Below are positions 17,581 through 27,654 of a DNA stretch of 56,422 nt, piece by piece. Source of the stretch: a virus (lineage: Duplodnaviria > Caudoviricetes); IMG/VR virus record IMGVR_UViG_3300021591_000001, positions 1 through 56,422 of that record. The stretch is one strand, 5' to 3'. Made by a program: the position numbers and the translations under genes. The notes beneath the pieces are model-generated. The model saw nothing but the letters and a program-made list of their open reading frames with translations, ran no database searches and was not told where the DNA came from. Every line of letters begins with the position of its first letter. Position 1 is the first letter of the stretch.

Positions 17581-19629
17581 TTACAAGCTCCATGGTTGTA
17601 CCGCAGCCTCGCTTATCTTGTTTGGCACACCCACAGCAACCCACCTGATGGTAAACGTTTCGGCAGAAGGCTCCCAGCCTCCGGTACTGAGGCCAATATG
17701 GTGGACCCAAAAGTCAACATAATGAGAAGTTGCTCCAAAAGTCACTTTGGCAGTTACGTTAATCAGGCGCCCTTGATTGTCAGCGGTTGATGTCCAAATA
17801 ATCGGAAGAGTTAAATGTCCCATGCTTGCAGTCATTGGGGTTTCTCGCAGATTGGAGTATGAGGGCAATCCTCCCTCCAAATAAAACTGCAGCAGCGGAG
17901 GAGCCCAGAAAAGGTTGACTCCATCCTCCGTACCGTCAGAGGTCAGGTGAACGCGAGTTGTTGGTGTTGCCTCCTGTGTTGTTACTGTACAGGTGCCTGA
18001 GACACAAATAAGAGGTTGTGGCAACACATTTTGCTCAATTCCGCCAACCGTGGAGAGGTGTTTAGCGAAGAGGGTTGGTAGAATCGCACCTATGGGGCGC
18101 AAGTCCACGACAGAGGCGGTATAACCTCCTCCTGAAGACTCTACGGTAACTTCTGCAATATACAAGCGATCTTTCGCATACGGATCGTACGCTGTGTCGT
18201 ACAGAACCTTCAAGGTGTACCTCAAGTTATTGCCTGGAGTTGTCAAGCTCGCGTAAGGGGCAGAGACGTAAAAGTAGTAGGTGCCTGCGTCGAGATCTGT
18301 TATCTCTGTGTTGGCGACTTCCGAGAAAACCATCCCGTTGAAAACTACAACATCGTCGCCTTGAAGTGGAGTCACACTAACGCTATTACCAAATGCGCTC
18401 ACACGCAGCGAAGATGTGGAGGGGTTTGACGAAATCAAACGAGGAACCTGCGACAGGAGCTTAAATGCATTTACGAGTTCGGTGTAGTAGGGGCCACCAA
18501 GATGTCCCCAACTTTGGAATCCGAAGAACGAAACCTCACCCGTACCGACAGTACCAAAAATGCGGTAATCGGCGGGCTGAAAGATTGTAGAGTCCGTCGG
18601 AAAGGTTATCTCACTTCCTGTCCACTGCACTGCACAAATCGGGAGTTGCGACTCCGCTAAAACAAAGTCCTGTGTTTTGTTGAAGTAGCCGTCACTATCA
18701 ATGTAAAGAAACCACAAACCGCTGCTGTCGCTACTTCCGAAATAGACTCGCGTGTTCCTGACGTTAGTAAGAAACTGCCCGTTGACAACGTAGCCATCGT
18801 TCTCTTCAAAATTGACGTTCTGAAGCTCGACGTAATACTCAGGTCCGTTGTTTATCACAGGCTTAAGGTAGTCGTACGTTTCGTCGCTACGCTTTATTGC
18901 AGATGGGATATGGAAACGCCTCTGATGCTGCGCTAGCAGCTCAGCGTCACCGTAGAGAAGCGCCGAAGCGAACTGCCTGTCATCAGAAGAAACTGTGACC
19001 ACAGTTCCATCCCACTCTAAAGTCGCTAACTGCAGATACCCCTGAGATTTCAGAGCAGTAACTTCCGACGCTGCTGGATCTGGCCCTAAAACGCGAAACT
19101 CATAGCTGTCGTAAGCGCGAACATAGGTCACCTGCTCACTGGTTGGGAGGGGACGCGGGTAATACTCACCCGACTTATAGCCAATAAAAACGTAGTAGAC
19201 TCCAGGAGCGTCAAGAACTGGGTCGAAAACCTTTATAAAACGTCGCGAGGGTCGCCCTGGAAAATCATTGCCAGTGCTATACTCCTCGGACATATCGACG
19301 TTCGGGCTTGAAAGAGCTTCAGCATAATTCTCAGGAACGTTCGTCGGTTCATCGGGAACCCAAATGCGCCGTGATCGCCCATCAACTTTGTCGTACGCTA
19401 TGCCACCATAAACGCTAATAGCACGCGGATTGTCAGCCTCAACATAAACCTTTAAAGGCTCGCTCTCATGTCCTGGTGTCGTTCCCGAATCACGAACTAC
19501 ACCAGGGTTTTGCAAAAGGTCGTACCGAGTCTCCTCGATCGCCTTTGCTTTTGAGTCTTCGATAAACTGGAAGTCATCGCTGAGATAAAGCATTCCTGTA
19601 GAAAACCTAGCTCCTTTCACCTCAAACAA
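17581..19629 (-). CDS. Tail fibre/baseplate-associated structural protein
   Basis: Beta-rich, S/T/G/Y/D-rich; three similar modules ending DDRQF, DYRIFG and DLRPIG; C-terminal TIRWVAVG as in fibre tips. Confidence 0.55.
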   Translation of the reverse strand: MFEVKGARFSTGMLYLSDDFQFIEDSKAKAIEETRYDLLQNPGVVRDSGTTPGHESEPLKVYVEADNPRAISVYGGIAYDKVDGRSRRIWVPDEPTNVPENYAEALSSPNVDMSEEYSTGNDFPGRPSRRFIKVFDPVLDAPGVYYVFIGYKSGEYYPRPLPTSEQVTYVRAYDSYEFRVLGPDPAASEVTALKSQGYLQLATLEWDGTVVTVSSDDRQFASALLYGDAELLAQHQRRFHIPSAIKRSDETYDYLKPVINNGPEYYVELQNVNFEENDGYVVNGQFLTNVRNTRVYFGSSDSSGLWFLYIDSDGYFNKTQDFVLAESQLPICAVQWTGSEITFPTDSTIFQPADYRIFGTVGTGEVSFFGFQSWGHLGGPYYTELVNAFKLLSQVPRLISSNPSTSSLRVSAFGNSVSVTPLQGDDVVVFNGMVFSEVANTEITDLDAGTYYFYVSAPYASLTTPGNNLRYTLKVLYDTAYDPYAKDRLYIAEVTVESSGGGYTASVVDLRPIGAILPTLFAKHLSTVGGIEQNVLPQPLICVSGTCTVTTQEATPTTRVHLTSDGTEDGVNLFWAPPLLQFYLEGGLPSYSNLRETPMTASMGHLTLPIIWTSTADNQGRLINVTAKVTFGATSHYVDFWVHHIGLSTGGWEPSAETFTIRWVAVGVPNKISEAAVQPWSL

Positions 19630-20050
19630 CCTCCCGCGGCTTTATGAGACGACTAAAGTCGTCAAAATTTGGGATAGCCTCTTTCCTTTTCTCACGTATC
19701 AAGCGCTTCGCCTCCCTAGGAGACATGCCACAACGCAAAAGATACAAATAAACGACCGTAGGTGACCGAGAAACACCGGCGCCGCAATGCACTAACACAC
19801 GATGCCCCTGGGAAAGTAAACTGGAGAGTAAAGACACCGCTGCGTCAAGCATTTCGGGTGGATTTTTGGGAGAGTCCCAAAGAGGCACCTTAGAGTAAAC
19901 AATTCCATTATTCTCGAACTCCCTGGTCGCAGGAAAATCCTCTCTCTCCAAGCAAAGGTTCAAAACAGCGGTAATACCCGCTTTTTGCGGGCGATCTCCC
20001 TGCGCATCCTCATAATTACCGATGGCAATTGCTCGAGTTATCCAATCCAT
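19622..20050 (-). CDS. Dual-specificity (CX5R) phosphatase
   Basis: VLVHCGAGVSRS active site, VPLWD general-acid loop; start set at ATG 20050. Confidence 0.9.
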   Translation of the reverse strand: MDWITRAIAIGNYEDAQGDRPQKAGITAVLNLCLEREDFPATREFENNGIVYSKVPLWDSPKNPPEMLDAAVSLLSSLLSQGHRVLVHCGAGVSRSPTVVYLYLLRCGMSPREAKRLIREKRKEAIPNFDDFSRLIKPREVV

Positions 20051-20120
20051 GCCCTGCACCTCTTCCCTTAGTTTGAGACACCAATATAAACTCCCGAAAG
20101 TGATCCAAAATGTGGTGACC

Positions 20121-21662
20121 TTACCGCGATAGAGCATTTTGCACGGTGCGCAAAACGGTTTCAACACTGATAGAGCGCATACAAATGTTCTGACGGTTTC
20201 GGGGGCAACGAGTAAACCAATCAGGTGTCAGCCACCAACAAGGTTTGCAAACGTTGGCACAAACAGCAAAGTGCTGAGGGTACCCGAAGAACGAAACGGG
20301 AGTAGGGCCGAAAAGAACAACGGCAGGGGTCTGCGTTGCGGCTGCAACATGAGCGACTCCGCCCTCTATAGTCACAACAAGAGACGCGTTTTTGACGACC
20401 CAAAACAGCTGTCTGACAGTTGTTTTATTTCTCAGGTCTATGGCACCTTTGATTTTATCAAATTTACCCACACCTACCTGGACCGCTGGGAGTGGTAAAA
20501 GTTTAACTAAAGACTCCCACCGAGAATGCGCCCAACACTTCGTTTGCACCCTCTTTATAGTGGGATCCGACTCAGGTGCTACAACAATGTACTTTTGAGG
20601 CAGGGCAAACTCAGAGGAGAAGTCCTCAGTAACATAAAGCTCCGGCGAAGGCTTGGGGTCCAAACCCAAAGATAAACTTTGCACCTCTAAACAATGATAC
20701 CCCAGATTGCCAAGAGCGTTGTTTCCTTCGAGGAACCTGTCAAACCAGCCTTCCCACTCTCGATGCCACCTATCTTCGTCTACAATACCGACGAGTCCAG
20801 GGCGTTTCCACTCTTTCGCCACATACCGTACCTCATAAACAATGTCGAACTCTCGTCGCAAAAACTCGACTGCCTCGCTGTGGGAGAGACCACGAAGTGT
20901 CCTCGCACGAGCAACGAACGGATTTCCCTCAAAAACGTCTTCAGCATATGCGGCTGCGAAAGCATGGATCTCGCGGCCAGGGAGTGCCTTCGCGAGCTTA
21001 TGTACAAGATCTGTGAGGCGAATCGTATCGCCCAAACCACCGCTTGTATAAACAGCAACCCGTCCTCCAGGCAACTGCGCGAAGCTTCTCTGGGAGAGCT
21101 GCTGCGAATAAAGGTACATGTCCGTAAAGAGGAGAGGCGGCGCTTGCCACAATGCAAGCAGGAGCGACGCGCAAACCTCCCACGAGGGTGTTTTCAGCAT
21201 TGGGAGTTCAAAGCGTAAGGCCCTATCTACTACCTCTACAGGGAGTCCGCGCCCTAAAGCGGCGAAAGCGAGCGGCAGCATAGTTTCGTCGGTGACAACA
21301 ATACGAGATGCACTGTGAACAGGTGAAAAGCGACGAACCTCCTTCTCTCCGGCGAACAAACGCGGGTGGGGGCCAGGAGGAACAACTACACAAGATGATG
21401 CACCGCTCTCAAGAACTTTGAGCTTCAAACGTGTGCTTGGAACCGCAACTACACGGTTTCCGATAAAACGTCCGGGATGGAAAGTGTAAATGATTTCGCC
21501 AGCAATCCTACCACTGGCATCGAGGAAGATCTGCGGTTTTCGGGAGGTTCTTATGGTGCAACCCAAAGATTCGAACGCCTCAACAAGTCGGGGGAAATAA
21601 AAGCGCCAAAAGTCAGAGTTGTCGTGCCCCAAATAAATTTGCACTGATTTCCCTCCACGCAT
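20121..21662 (-). CDS. Glycosyltransferase family 9 (heptosyltransferase-like) with N-terminal extension
   Basis: GGLGD, KCW, DLRNKTT, VTIEGGVAHVAAATQTPAVVLFGPT, terminal Cys cluster CKPCW...C...CM. Confidence 0.85.
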   Translation of the reverse strand: MRGGKSVQIYLGHDNSDFWRFYFPRLVEAFESLGCTIRTSRKPQIFLDASGRIAGEIIYTFHPGRFIGNRVVAVPSTRLKLKVLESGASSCVVVPPGPHPRLFAGEKEVRRFSPVHSASRIVVTDETMLPLAFAALGRGLPVEVVDRALRFELPMLKTPSWEVCASLLLALWQAPPLLFTDMYLYSQQLSQRSFAQLPGGRVAVYTSGGLGDTIRLTDLVHKLAKALPGREIHAFAAAYAEDVFEGNPFVARARTLRGLSHSEAVEFLRREFDIVYEVRYVAKEWKRPGLVGIVDEDRWHREWEGWFDRFLEGNNALGNLGYHCLEVQSLSLGLDPKPSPELYVTEDFSSEFALPQKYIVVAPESDPTIKRVQTKCWAHSRWESLVKLLPLPAVQVGVGKFDKIKGAIDLRNKTTVRQLFWVVKNASLVVTIEGGVAHVAAATQTPAVVLFGPTPVSFFGYPQHFAVCANVCKPCWWLTPDWFTRCPRNRQNICMRSISVETVLRTVQNALSR

Positions 21663-22272
21663 GTTCTGCTTTAAAAGGTAAGTCTTGGCAGCGAGAGCAG
21701 TCTCTCGTGCAGTCGTTGCAAAAACGTTGATTTAGAACAACCAAGTTAGGCATCTCGTAAAAGGCAAAAGGACGCTCCCTCACAAAAACGTAGGTAGGCA
21801 CTCCGCTGAGAGCGGAAAGAACCGCAGCAAAGTTGTAAAAGCCGAACGCGACCGCACAATGCGGTAGAATCTCGTGAAGATCTTTGACATCGGACTGCGT
21901 GTGAAGAGGCGCCGGTAGTAAGGGGTAGTTACCAGCTTGAACGACAGGTAGTGGTGAATTGAAGCGAGAAATCTCCCCTACTTCGGAAAGGCAGAGCAAA
22001 ACAAAAAATGTCTCTTTCCGCTCGCGAAAGAAGGGATTCTTCCCTTTGTAATAAAACTCGAAAAAGTTCGAAACGCCTTTCTGTCGCAGCTCCGCAGCAG
22101 AGGGCAAAACGACATCAGGAGGTGCTTTTGGAAAACGCTTCCCTAAAAACTCAAGAAAAGGACGGGAAGCTTGTATCAAAGAATTCTCAGGCACTCTCAA
22201 ATATTGTACAAAGTGATCCTGCAATGTACCGTTAAAGCGGTAAACCCTGCAAAAAGAGTTAATAACTCGCAT
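21613..22272 (-). CDS. Divergent GT9-like protein
   Basis: AVAFGFYNFAAVLSALSGVPTYVF resembles the GT9 DSGxxHxAAALGVPT segment; same terminal Cys cluster as its neighbour. Confidence 0.5.
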   Translation of the reverse strand: MRVINSFCRVYRFNGTLQDHFVQYLRVPENSLIQASRPFLEFLGKRFPKAPPDVVLPSAAELRQKGVSNFFEFYYKGKNPFFRERKETFFVLLCLSEVGEISRFNSPLPVVQAGNYPLLPAPLHTQSDVKDLHEILPHCAVAFGFYNFAAVLSALSGVPTYVFVRERPFAFYEMPNLVVLNQRFCNDCTRDCSRCQDLPFKAEHAWREISANLFGARQL

Positions 22273-22273
22273 T

Positions 22274-23353
22274 TTACAAAAGCTCCAGGAACGCGTCTAC
22301 AAAACGAGACGGTGTGAAAGAACGAGAAAAATCGAGCGCGCGTGAAACCAGTCGCGAGCGCTCTGCATCGCTCAAATTATACGCCCTAAGAAGGGCATCT
22401 TTCACGGCATTCACATCAACATCAAAAAACGGTTGCCCTCTGTAATAAGGCCTCTCCAGCTCAAGAGCATACTCACGACGGAGGGGGAGAGATGGGACTA
22501 CTATCGCACGGTCACTCCTGACGATCTCGTTTTGCCCGGTCGCGTTTGTTCCCAAAGTCAACAACCCTGAAGACATCGCCTCTAGATACGGAAGTCCTAG
22601 GCCCTCGCCAAGGGATGGCAGCGCAAAAACACCCCGCACATCCCGGCTGACAAAAGCATACTCTCTATCCGGTAGTAACTTCCGCGGCACTTGGTAGAGG
22701 CGCGCTATCTTTTTAGGGCCTAAAGACCGCTGGCAAAGCAAAATAGGCACTCGAAGCCCTATCTCTCTCTTAACTCGCTCGACTCTCTGCGCCTGTCGCG
22801 AAGTGGTCTTCAAGAGGATGCAAACATCATCATTCGTATTGAAAACACACGCTGCCTTCAAAAGGCGGTCCCAACCCTTACGCAATATCAAATCTCCGAC
22901 AAACAAAATGACAAACGGGCGTATGTTCTTCACGAACAGAGGCGCATTTTCGGGGTTGAACAAACTTCGGTCAACAATCGGAGGCAAGACTGCAATACGG
23001 CTCCTGTCGACCCCGACGCCGCTGAAAATCCGTGCGACAAAGTTAGACATGACGAGGACCTTGTCGAAAAGGGAGAGACGAGCGGAGCTACCCGGAGGAG
23101 GGACGACAGACTCGCCAAAAACAAGCGCGAATCGCGGACGTCCTAGAGGGAAGACTTCAGTCGGCGGTGCAATAACTAAACCTGGAGCGTTGTCATCAGG
23201 AGGGCGGACCAAATCGTCAAAAAACCCGCTCCCCGTACCGATTGGAGATAACAATACCTCAAAATCGCGCTCGAGAAGTGCTTTCACAACAAGACGTGAG
23301 ATTTGACCGTAACCCGTCGGGCTGTAAATCGGACATCGAACGTTTATGCGCAC
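22274..23353 (-). CDS. Glycosyltransferase family 4 (GT-B)
   Basis: SPTGYG, LFVGDLILRKGWD, ALPSLGEGLGLPYLEAMSSG (EX7E). Confidence 0.9.
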   Translation of the reverse strand: MRINVRCPIYSPTGYGQISRLVVKALLERDFEVLLSPIGTGSGFFDDLVRPPDDNAPGLVIAPPTEVFPLGRPRFALVFGESVVPPPGSSARLSLFDKVLVMSNFVARIFSGVGVDRSRIAVLPPIVDRSLFNPENAPLFVKNIRPFVILFVGDLILRKGWDRLLKAACVFNTNDDVCILLKTTSRQAQRVERVKREIGLRVPILLCQRSLGPKKIARLYQVPRKLLPDREYAFVSRDVRGVFALPSLGEGLGLPYLEAMSSGLLTLGTNATGQNEIVRSDRAIVVPSLPLRREYALELERPYYRGQPFFDVDVNAVKDALLRAYNLSDAERSRLVSRALDFSRSFTPSRFVDAFLELL

Positions 23354-23362
23354 GGCAAAACC

Positions 23363-24277
23363 TCACTGCAAGGGAGTCCACTGTCCTACATCACCATCCT
23401 CTATAAGACGATACTCAACTTTCACAAAGGAGTCAGGGGCCCAGTAAACAGCATCTGGGAAGCCGCCGTCGACACTCACCTCGACCGGCTCAGTAGCAAA
23501 GGACTGTAACGGTAGCTGCAGCGACTTGGGAATGAATCCCTCTAGCGCCTCAGAATAGACGACGAAAAGGCGGTTGCGGGGGCGAAGCTGCAGCGATGGG
23601 GTCACCGCCGTTGTTGGAGTAGCAAGCTCGAAAACCTGGTCGACGCTATTTGGAACGCAAAATACTGCAAAGAAAAGGCTCACATTCTCGTAAAGAAGAA
23701 CAAGATGCCCGGACGGAAGATAACGAGAAGCAACCCATACACCCTCGCCAACCTTGACGGGCGGCGACATATCACCAGGCCCGCCGAAGCTGAAATAAAC
23801 AAAGCCATCTTGGACAAAGGCAACGAAAAGTGTATCCTCCCAGTAGGAAAGCGCTGTGGAAGTGGCAAAGTTTGGAAGTGTAAGAACCTTTTCCTCAGCA
23901 CTCCAAACGTTGTTCTCGAAGGAACGAAGGTAAAGACCGTCACTACGCGTATAGAGGAGTCGATAGCAGTTAGGACCAACAGCCAACGACGGCGAACCGC
24001 CGCTGCAAATCTCGCTGAGAACGCCGTCGAAATAGGCGTTCAAATTCCCTTCTCTTTCAAAAACAAGAAGTGTTTCGCAAAGAGCAGGGTGCACACCTGG
24101 TGAAACTTCAACACCTTGGAAAGTGCCATCGTAGGCACCGAAATAAACTTTACCGTCCGCACAAAAGGCACACCAACGCTCGTCATCGGAAATCTGCGGA
24201 CACAAAGCATACTCTGGAGCTGTTCTGTAATCGGCAGTTACAGGTAAATTCGAATGGTAAAGACGAGAGAAGGACAT
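23363..24277 (-). CDS. Hypothetical beta-propeller-like virion protein
   Basis: Repeated short beta strands with PSLA/PAL turns; within the baseplate region. Confidence 0.4.
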   Translation of the reverse strand: MSFSRLYHSNLPVTADYRTAPEYALCPQISDDERWCAFCADGKVYFGAYDGTFQGVEVSPGVHPALCETLLVFEREGNLNAYFDGVLSEICSGGSPSLAVGPNCYRLLYTRSDGLYLRSFENNVWSAEEKVLTLPNFATSTALSYWEDTLFVAFVQDGFVYFSFGGPGDMSPPVKVGEGVWVASRYLPSGHLVLLYENVSLFFAVFCVPNSVDQVFELATPTTAVTPSLQLRPRNRLFVVYSEALEGFIPKSLQLPLQSFATEPVEVSVDGGFPDAVYWAPDSFVKVEYRLIEDGDVGQWTPLQ

Positions 24278-25794
24278 TAGGCCACCTCGTCGAAATCGAT
24301 TACCATCGTCTCCTTCGAGGAATTGACACCAACACCACCCTCAGGTGATGTGACAAACGCGGACGTGGGGAGAAACTCGAAGTTCAAAACCGCATTGTGT
24401 GGTGTAACTTTGTTTGCCAAATCGGCAATAAGCTCCAGCGGTGTACCGAGATCGGGGTCGTAGAAAACCTGAACATTCACAGTGTTGCGGTGTTGCTTCC
24501 GCGACTCCGCTACACCTGCTTCAACTATTTCACCGTTGTCGACATGAACAGGATCTCCTTTATCGTACGTCTCGAATCCCGGACTAACGGTGTTGCGATA
24601 TAAAACCAGCCCCGTATCGTCAAGCACAACACCGACACCACTATTGTAAATCTTCGCATCGACAACACTACTAATAGATTCCACAGTCTCCTCCTCAAAG
24701 GTCACAAAATCGCTCGTCCTAAAAATTTGGGAGGAGGTCAGGAAAAGAAAGCCGCTCTTGACTACTGCCGCAGCAACCGGCGCAAAAGTAAGCGAAAAGT
24801 CGAACGAACTCGACTCCCCAAAATCGTAAAAAGTTGCTGTGTTATCGTCAAACCAAACTAAGACCTTATCGTAAAAAGCTGAAACACCTCTCGGTTCTTT
24901 CGCGAGACCCTGAGTTGAAACTATACTACCATCTTCCAACCTGGCGAGAGCAAAGGGGGAACTTTGTATCGCCCAGATACCACGTCCATCGGAAGCATCT
25001 GCAATACCTAAACACGTAATTCCTGTAGAAGAAACTTGCGAACCTCGAACAAAGTAAAGATTGTTGCCGTCAAGCACATAAAAGGATGTGTCGTCGACAC
25101 AAACCAGCTTGTCTCCTCCAACGTTGGCAAGCGTCTCAAAACCGGAGCCGCTGAAACGTAACAAGGAGGACACTGTCAAACAAAACACAAGATCGCCAAA
25201 GCCGTCTAACGACGTTGGAGAGCTCGGAAGAGGATAAGAAGTAGTTTCCGTCTCGCTGGCGAAAGTCACGCTATCAGGCGAAGAAGACGCTATCCAAAAG
25301 CCTCGCGGCCCGAAAAAAATCGCACGAGGAGTCCCTCCGGAGTATTCCACAGCAGTGTTCCAGTTGAAATCGCCCGTGTTAACGGTCACATCACCGTAAC
25401 CGATGCAGTTTTGACCGTCGAGGCATTGCACTTCGCGGAAGTGCTCGTAAATAAGAGGATGAATTCCTGTCAAGGCGGCAACAACCTCTTCCAAACCCTT
25501 CTGGGTCATGGGAAAGCGGGTGAAAACCTCAAAAAGCTTGCGCAGCACAAAACGATAGAAGTCTACACTCCACCCCTCCTGCTGCGAAACTTTGACGAGA
25601 GAGCCAAAAGCGGAAAGACGTCTTGTCAGCGCAAGAGAGAGATCATCACGAGTAGCAGAAATCTCCCGGGAAGCAGAGGCAAGAAGCTCGCTGAAAGCGC
25701 GCGCGAAGACACCAACGTTGCTTCCCCGGAGAGTATAATACGATGTGAGAAGATCTTCAAATCTGTTAACGAAATCAGCTGAGTCCAACTTCAC
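24277..25794 (-). CDS. Baseplate wedge (gpI/gp7-like) protein with an inserted beta-rich domain
   Basis: N-terminal FGSLV...YRFVL...TQKGLEEVVAALTG and C-terminal KVTPHN typical of wedge proteins; central S/G/D-rich repeats. Confidence 0.55.
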   Translation of the reverse strand: MKLDSADFVNRFEDLLTSYYTLRGSNVGVFARAFSELLASASREISATRDDLSLALTRRLSAFGSLVKVSQQEGWSVDFYRFVLRKLFEVFTRFPMTQKGLEEVVAALTGIHPLIYEHFREVQCLDGQNCIGYGDVTVNTGDFNWNTAVEYSGGTPRAIFFGPRGFWIASSSPDSVTFASETETTSYPLPSSPTSLDGFGDLVFCLTVSSLLRFSGSGFETLANVGGDKLVCVDDTSFYVLDGNNLYFVRGSQVSSTGITCLGIADASDGRGIWAIQSSPFALARLEDGSIVSTQGLAKEPRGVSAFYDKVLVWFDDNTATFYDFGESSSFDFSLTFAPVAAAVVKSGFLFLTSSQIFRTSDFVTFEEETVESISSVVDAKIYNSGVGVVLDDTGLVLYRNTVSPGFETYDKGDPVHVDNGEIVEAGVAESRKQHRNTVNVQVFYDPDLGTPLELIADLANKVTPHNAVLNFEFLPTSAFVTSPEGGVGVNSSKETMVIDFDEVA

Positions 25795-25797
25795 ACC

Positions 25798-26811
25798 TTA
25801 CACAAAGTTCACGTGCTTTGGGTTCTCCTTTAGTATGTATGAGATAAACTCGTTTTTGTCGTCCATCCAACACGGAGGACACGAAGCTGTTGGAAGAGCA
25901 TCTTTAACGCCTCGCCACAGGCAATCAGGGTCAGTATAACTCCCAAGAGGAGTGCTAATATTCTTCAGAGCGCAACACGGGTAAAAATTGCCGTCTGCGG
26001 CGAGCGTAGCAACGAACAGTGGATAATAGCACTTCTCCGTCTTATGCCCTCTCCATGGCTCGGTGAAACGGTGCTTTAAGGTGAAAACACGGAAACTCTT
26101 TGTCTCCTTAGACTCGACCTCTTCCAGGAGCTCGAGAACGTTCTCAACAAAGGGCTCCAAAGTATGATGCAACTTGCCGTAAAGAGGTGTAAAGCGAACG
26201 TTGTCAACACCTAAGCTGAGACCGAGGTCGACAAAAGCAGGTATCTCGTGAAGGTTTCTTGGTGTAACAACAAAGCTGAGGCCGATAGTTGTTTCGGGGA
26301 GAAGGTCGCGAGCCTTTTTAATACCATCAATCACGCGTGAAAAAACGCGGGGGGAAACACCGTGCACGGAACTGAAAACCTCAGGGGAGGCTGCGTCAAC
26401 AGAAACGCGAATCCATGACGCGCCACCTAAATACTCAGCTACATCTAATAGATGTGAGCCATTCGTAACGAGCGCAAATTCCAGCCCCAGAGTCCGTGTG
26501 AAATCTAAAAGTTCCTTGAAGTGAGGATAGAGCGTGGGTTCTCCTCCTCCTGTGTACTCAACAGCTTTCAGCCCTCGCTTAGAGGCAAAAGATAGAAAAT
26601 CCTTCAGTTTTTCGAAACCAAGCATGTTCTTACCTGTAACACCCTGCTCCCTGGTTGAGCAGTAGAAGCAATGAAAGTTACAGGCGTCTAAGAGGTCGGC
26701 TTGAACAAAAACAGGAAAAATTTCGCCGCCACTTCTCAAGGTTTTCAACCGTTCCAGGTGGTGGGCGACCTTGTACGGCGAATATTCCTCGAAATTCATG
26801 GCTCCCTCCAA
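25798..26811 (-). CDS. Radical SAM enzyme with SPASM/twitch domain
   Basis: CNFHCFYC, TGGGEPT, VTNG, IRVSVDA, C-terminal CYYP...ADGNFYPCC...CPPC. Confidence 0.9.
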   Translation of the reverse strand: MEGAMNFEEYSPYKVAHHLERLKTLRSGGEIFPVFVQADLLDACNFHCFYCSTREQGVTGKNMLGFEKLKDFLSFASKRGLKAVEYTGGGEPTLYPHFKELLDFTRTLGLEFALVTNGSHLLDVAEYLGGASWIRVSVDAASPEVFSSVHGVSPRVFSRVIDGIKKARDLLPETTIGLSFVVTPRNLHEIPAFVDLGLSLGVDNVRFTPLYGKLHHTLEPFVENVLELLEEVESKETKSFRVFTLKHRFTEPWRGHKTEKCYYPLFVATLAADGNFYPCCALKNISTPLGSYTDPDCLWRGVKDALPTASCPPCWMDDKNEFISYILKENPKHVNFV

Positions 26812-27140
26812 AAAGCTTCAACGCTAGCTTCGCAAACTCGTAGAGATTTTAACCCGACAAACACGTAAAAGTCACCCGGGAGCAAGATCTCAGGTGCGAC
26901 GGCGAAGTTCACTCTTACAGTATGTGCCTCGAGAATAGCAAAAGAGTCGGAAAACTCAGGGCCGACTGTGATCAAAATACTTTTAGTGCAAGGGTTCGAG
27001 AAGCGGATGTGAAGAGACGAGAGTATCCATGACGTAGAGCCGTCAGGTTTTCCGCGAAAAATAACGGGTTTGAGGATGGAATCCACCCGAGGCGGTTCCA
27101 TCCTCAGCTTACGTTTGGAATTACGCGGTTTCGCCTTCAA
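26796..27140 (-). CDS. Hypothetical protein
   Basis: Fills the gap in the operon with overlapping ends; start uncertain. Confidence 0.4.
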   Translation of the reverse strand: MKAKPRNSKRKLRMEPPRVDSILKPVIFRGKPDGSTSWILSSLHIRFSNPCTKSILITVGPEFSDSFAILEAHTVRVNFAVAPEILLPGDFYVFVGLKSLRVCEASVEAFWREP

Positions 27141-27636
27141 TTCTGATCACGCCGGAGTTGTTGGCATAAGCTGCGGCTCCGGCAGGAACGTATCGGCAAA
27201 GCCAAAAGCCCTTAGCGCCAGCAGTCGTGGACCCAACTGTACCGAGGAAAACGCCGTCGGACTTAGCAGTTGGGTGAATCCACGCCGTGGTCGTTTCCCC
27301 TTCGCCATCATAGGCGGGAATGTCCGAAAGAACGTTGGACTCGTCGTTAGACTCGTCGCGTGTTTTGATGAAGATGATGTCCTCAGCAGGAGTCTCGCTA
27401 GCAATCCAAACGTAGACGTTGCTCAGTATTTGAGAGCCAGCTGAGTTGGAAAGACCGACAAACACCTTCCTGTACTCAGTGTCGCCGTTAGCCGCCTCTT
27501 CACCGGAAACGTCGTCCCAGAGAGCGTTCTTCTCTGTACCAATCGTGCTTGCAATGCAGGTCCCACCGTAGTTATCGGCTGTTTCATCCGTCACCTGTGG
27601 GTAATAGAAGAATATGTCAGTGGCAGCAATTGCCAT
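27121..27636 (-). CDS. Probable virion structural protein
   Basis: Strong RBS (AAGGAGG); acidic beta-rich protein, NALWDDVSGEEAANGDTEYRKVFV...FWLCRYVPAGA. Confidence 0.55.
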   Translation of the reverse strand: MAIAATDIFFYYPQVTDETADNYGGTCIASTIGTEKNALWDDVSGEEAANGDTEYRKVFVGLSNSAGSQILSNVYVWIASETPAEDIIFIKTRDESNDESNVLSDIPAYDGEGETTTAWIHPTAKSDGVFLGTVGSTTAGAKGFWLCRYVPAGAAAYANNSGVIRIEGETA

Positions 27637-27654
27637 GGCTGAAACCTCCTTTTA

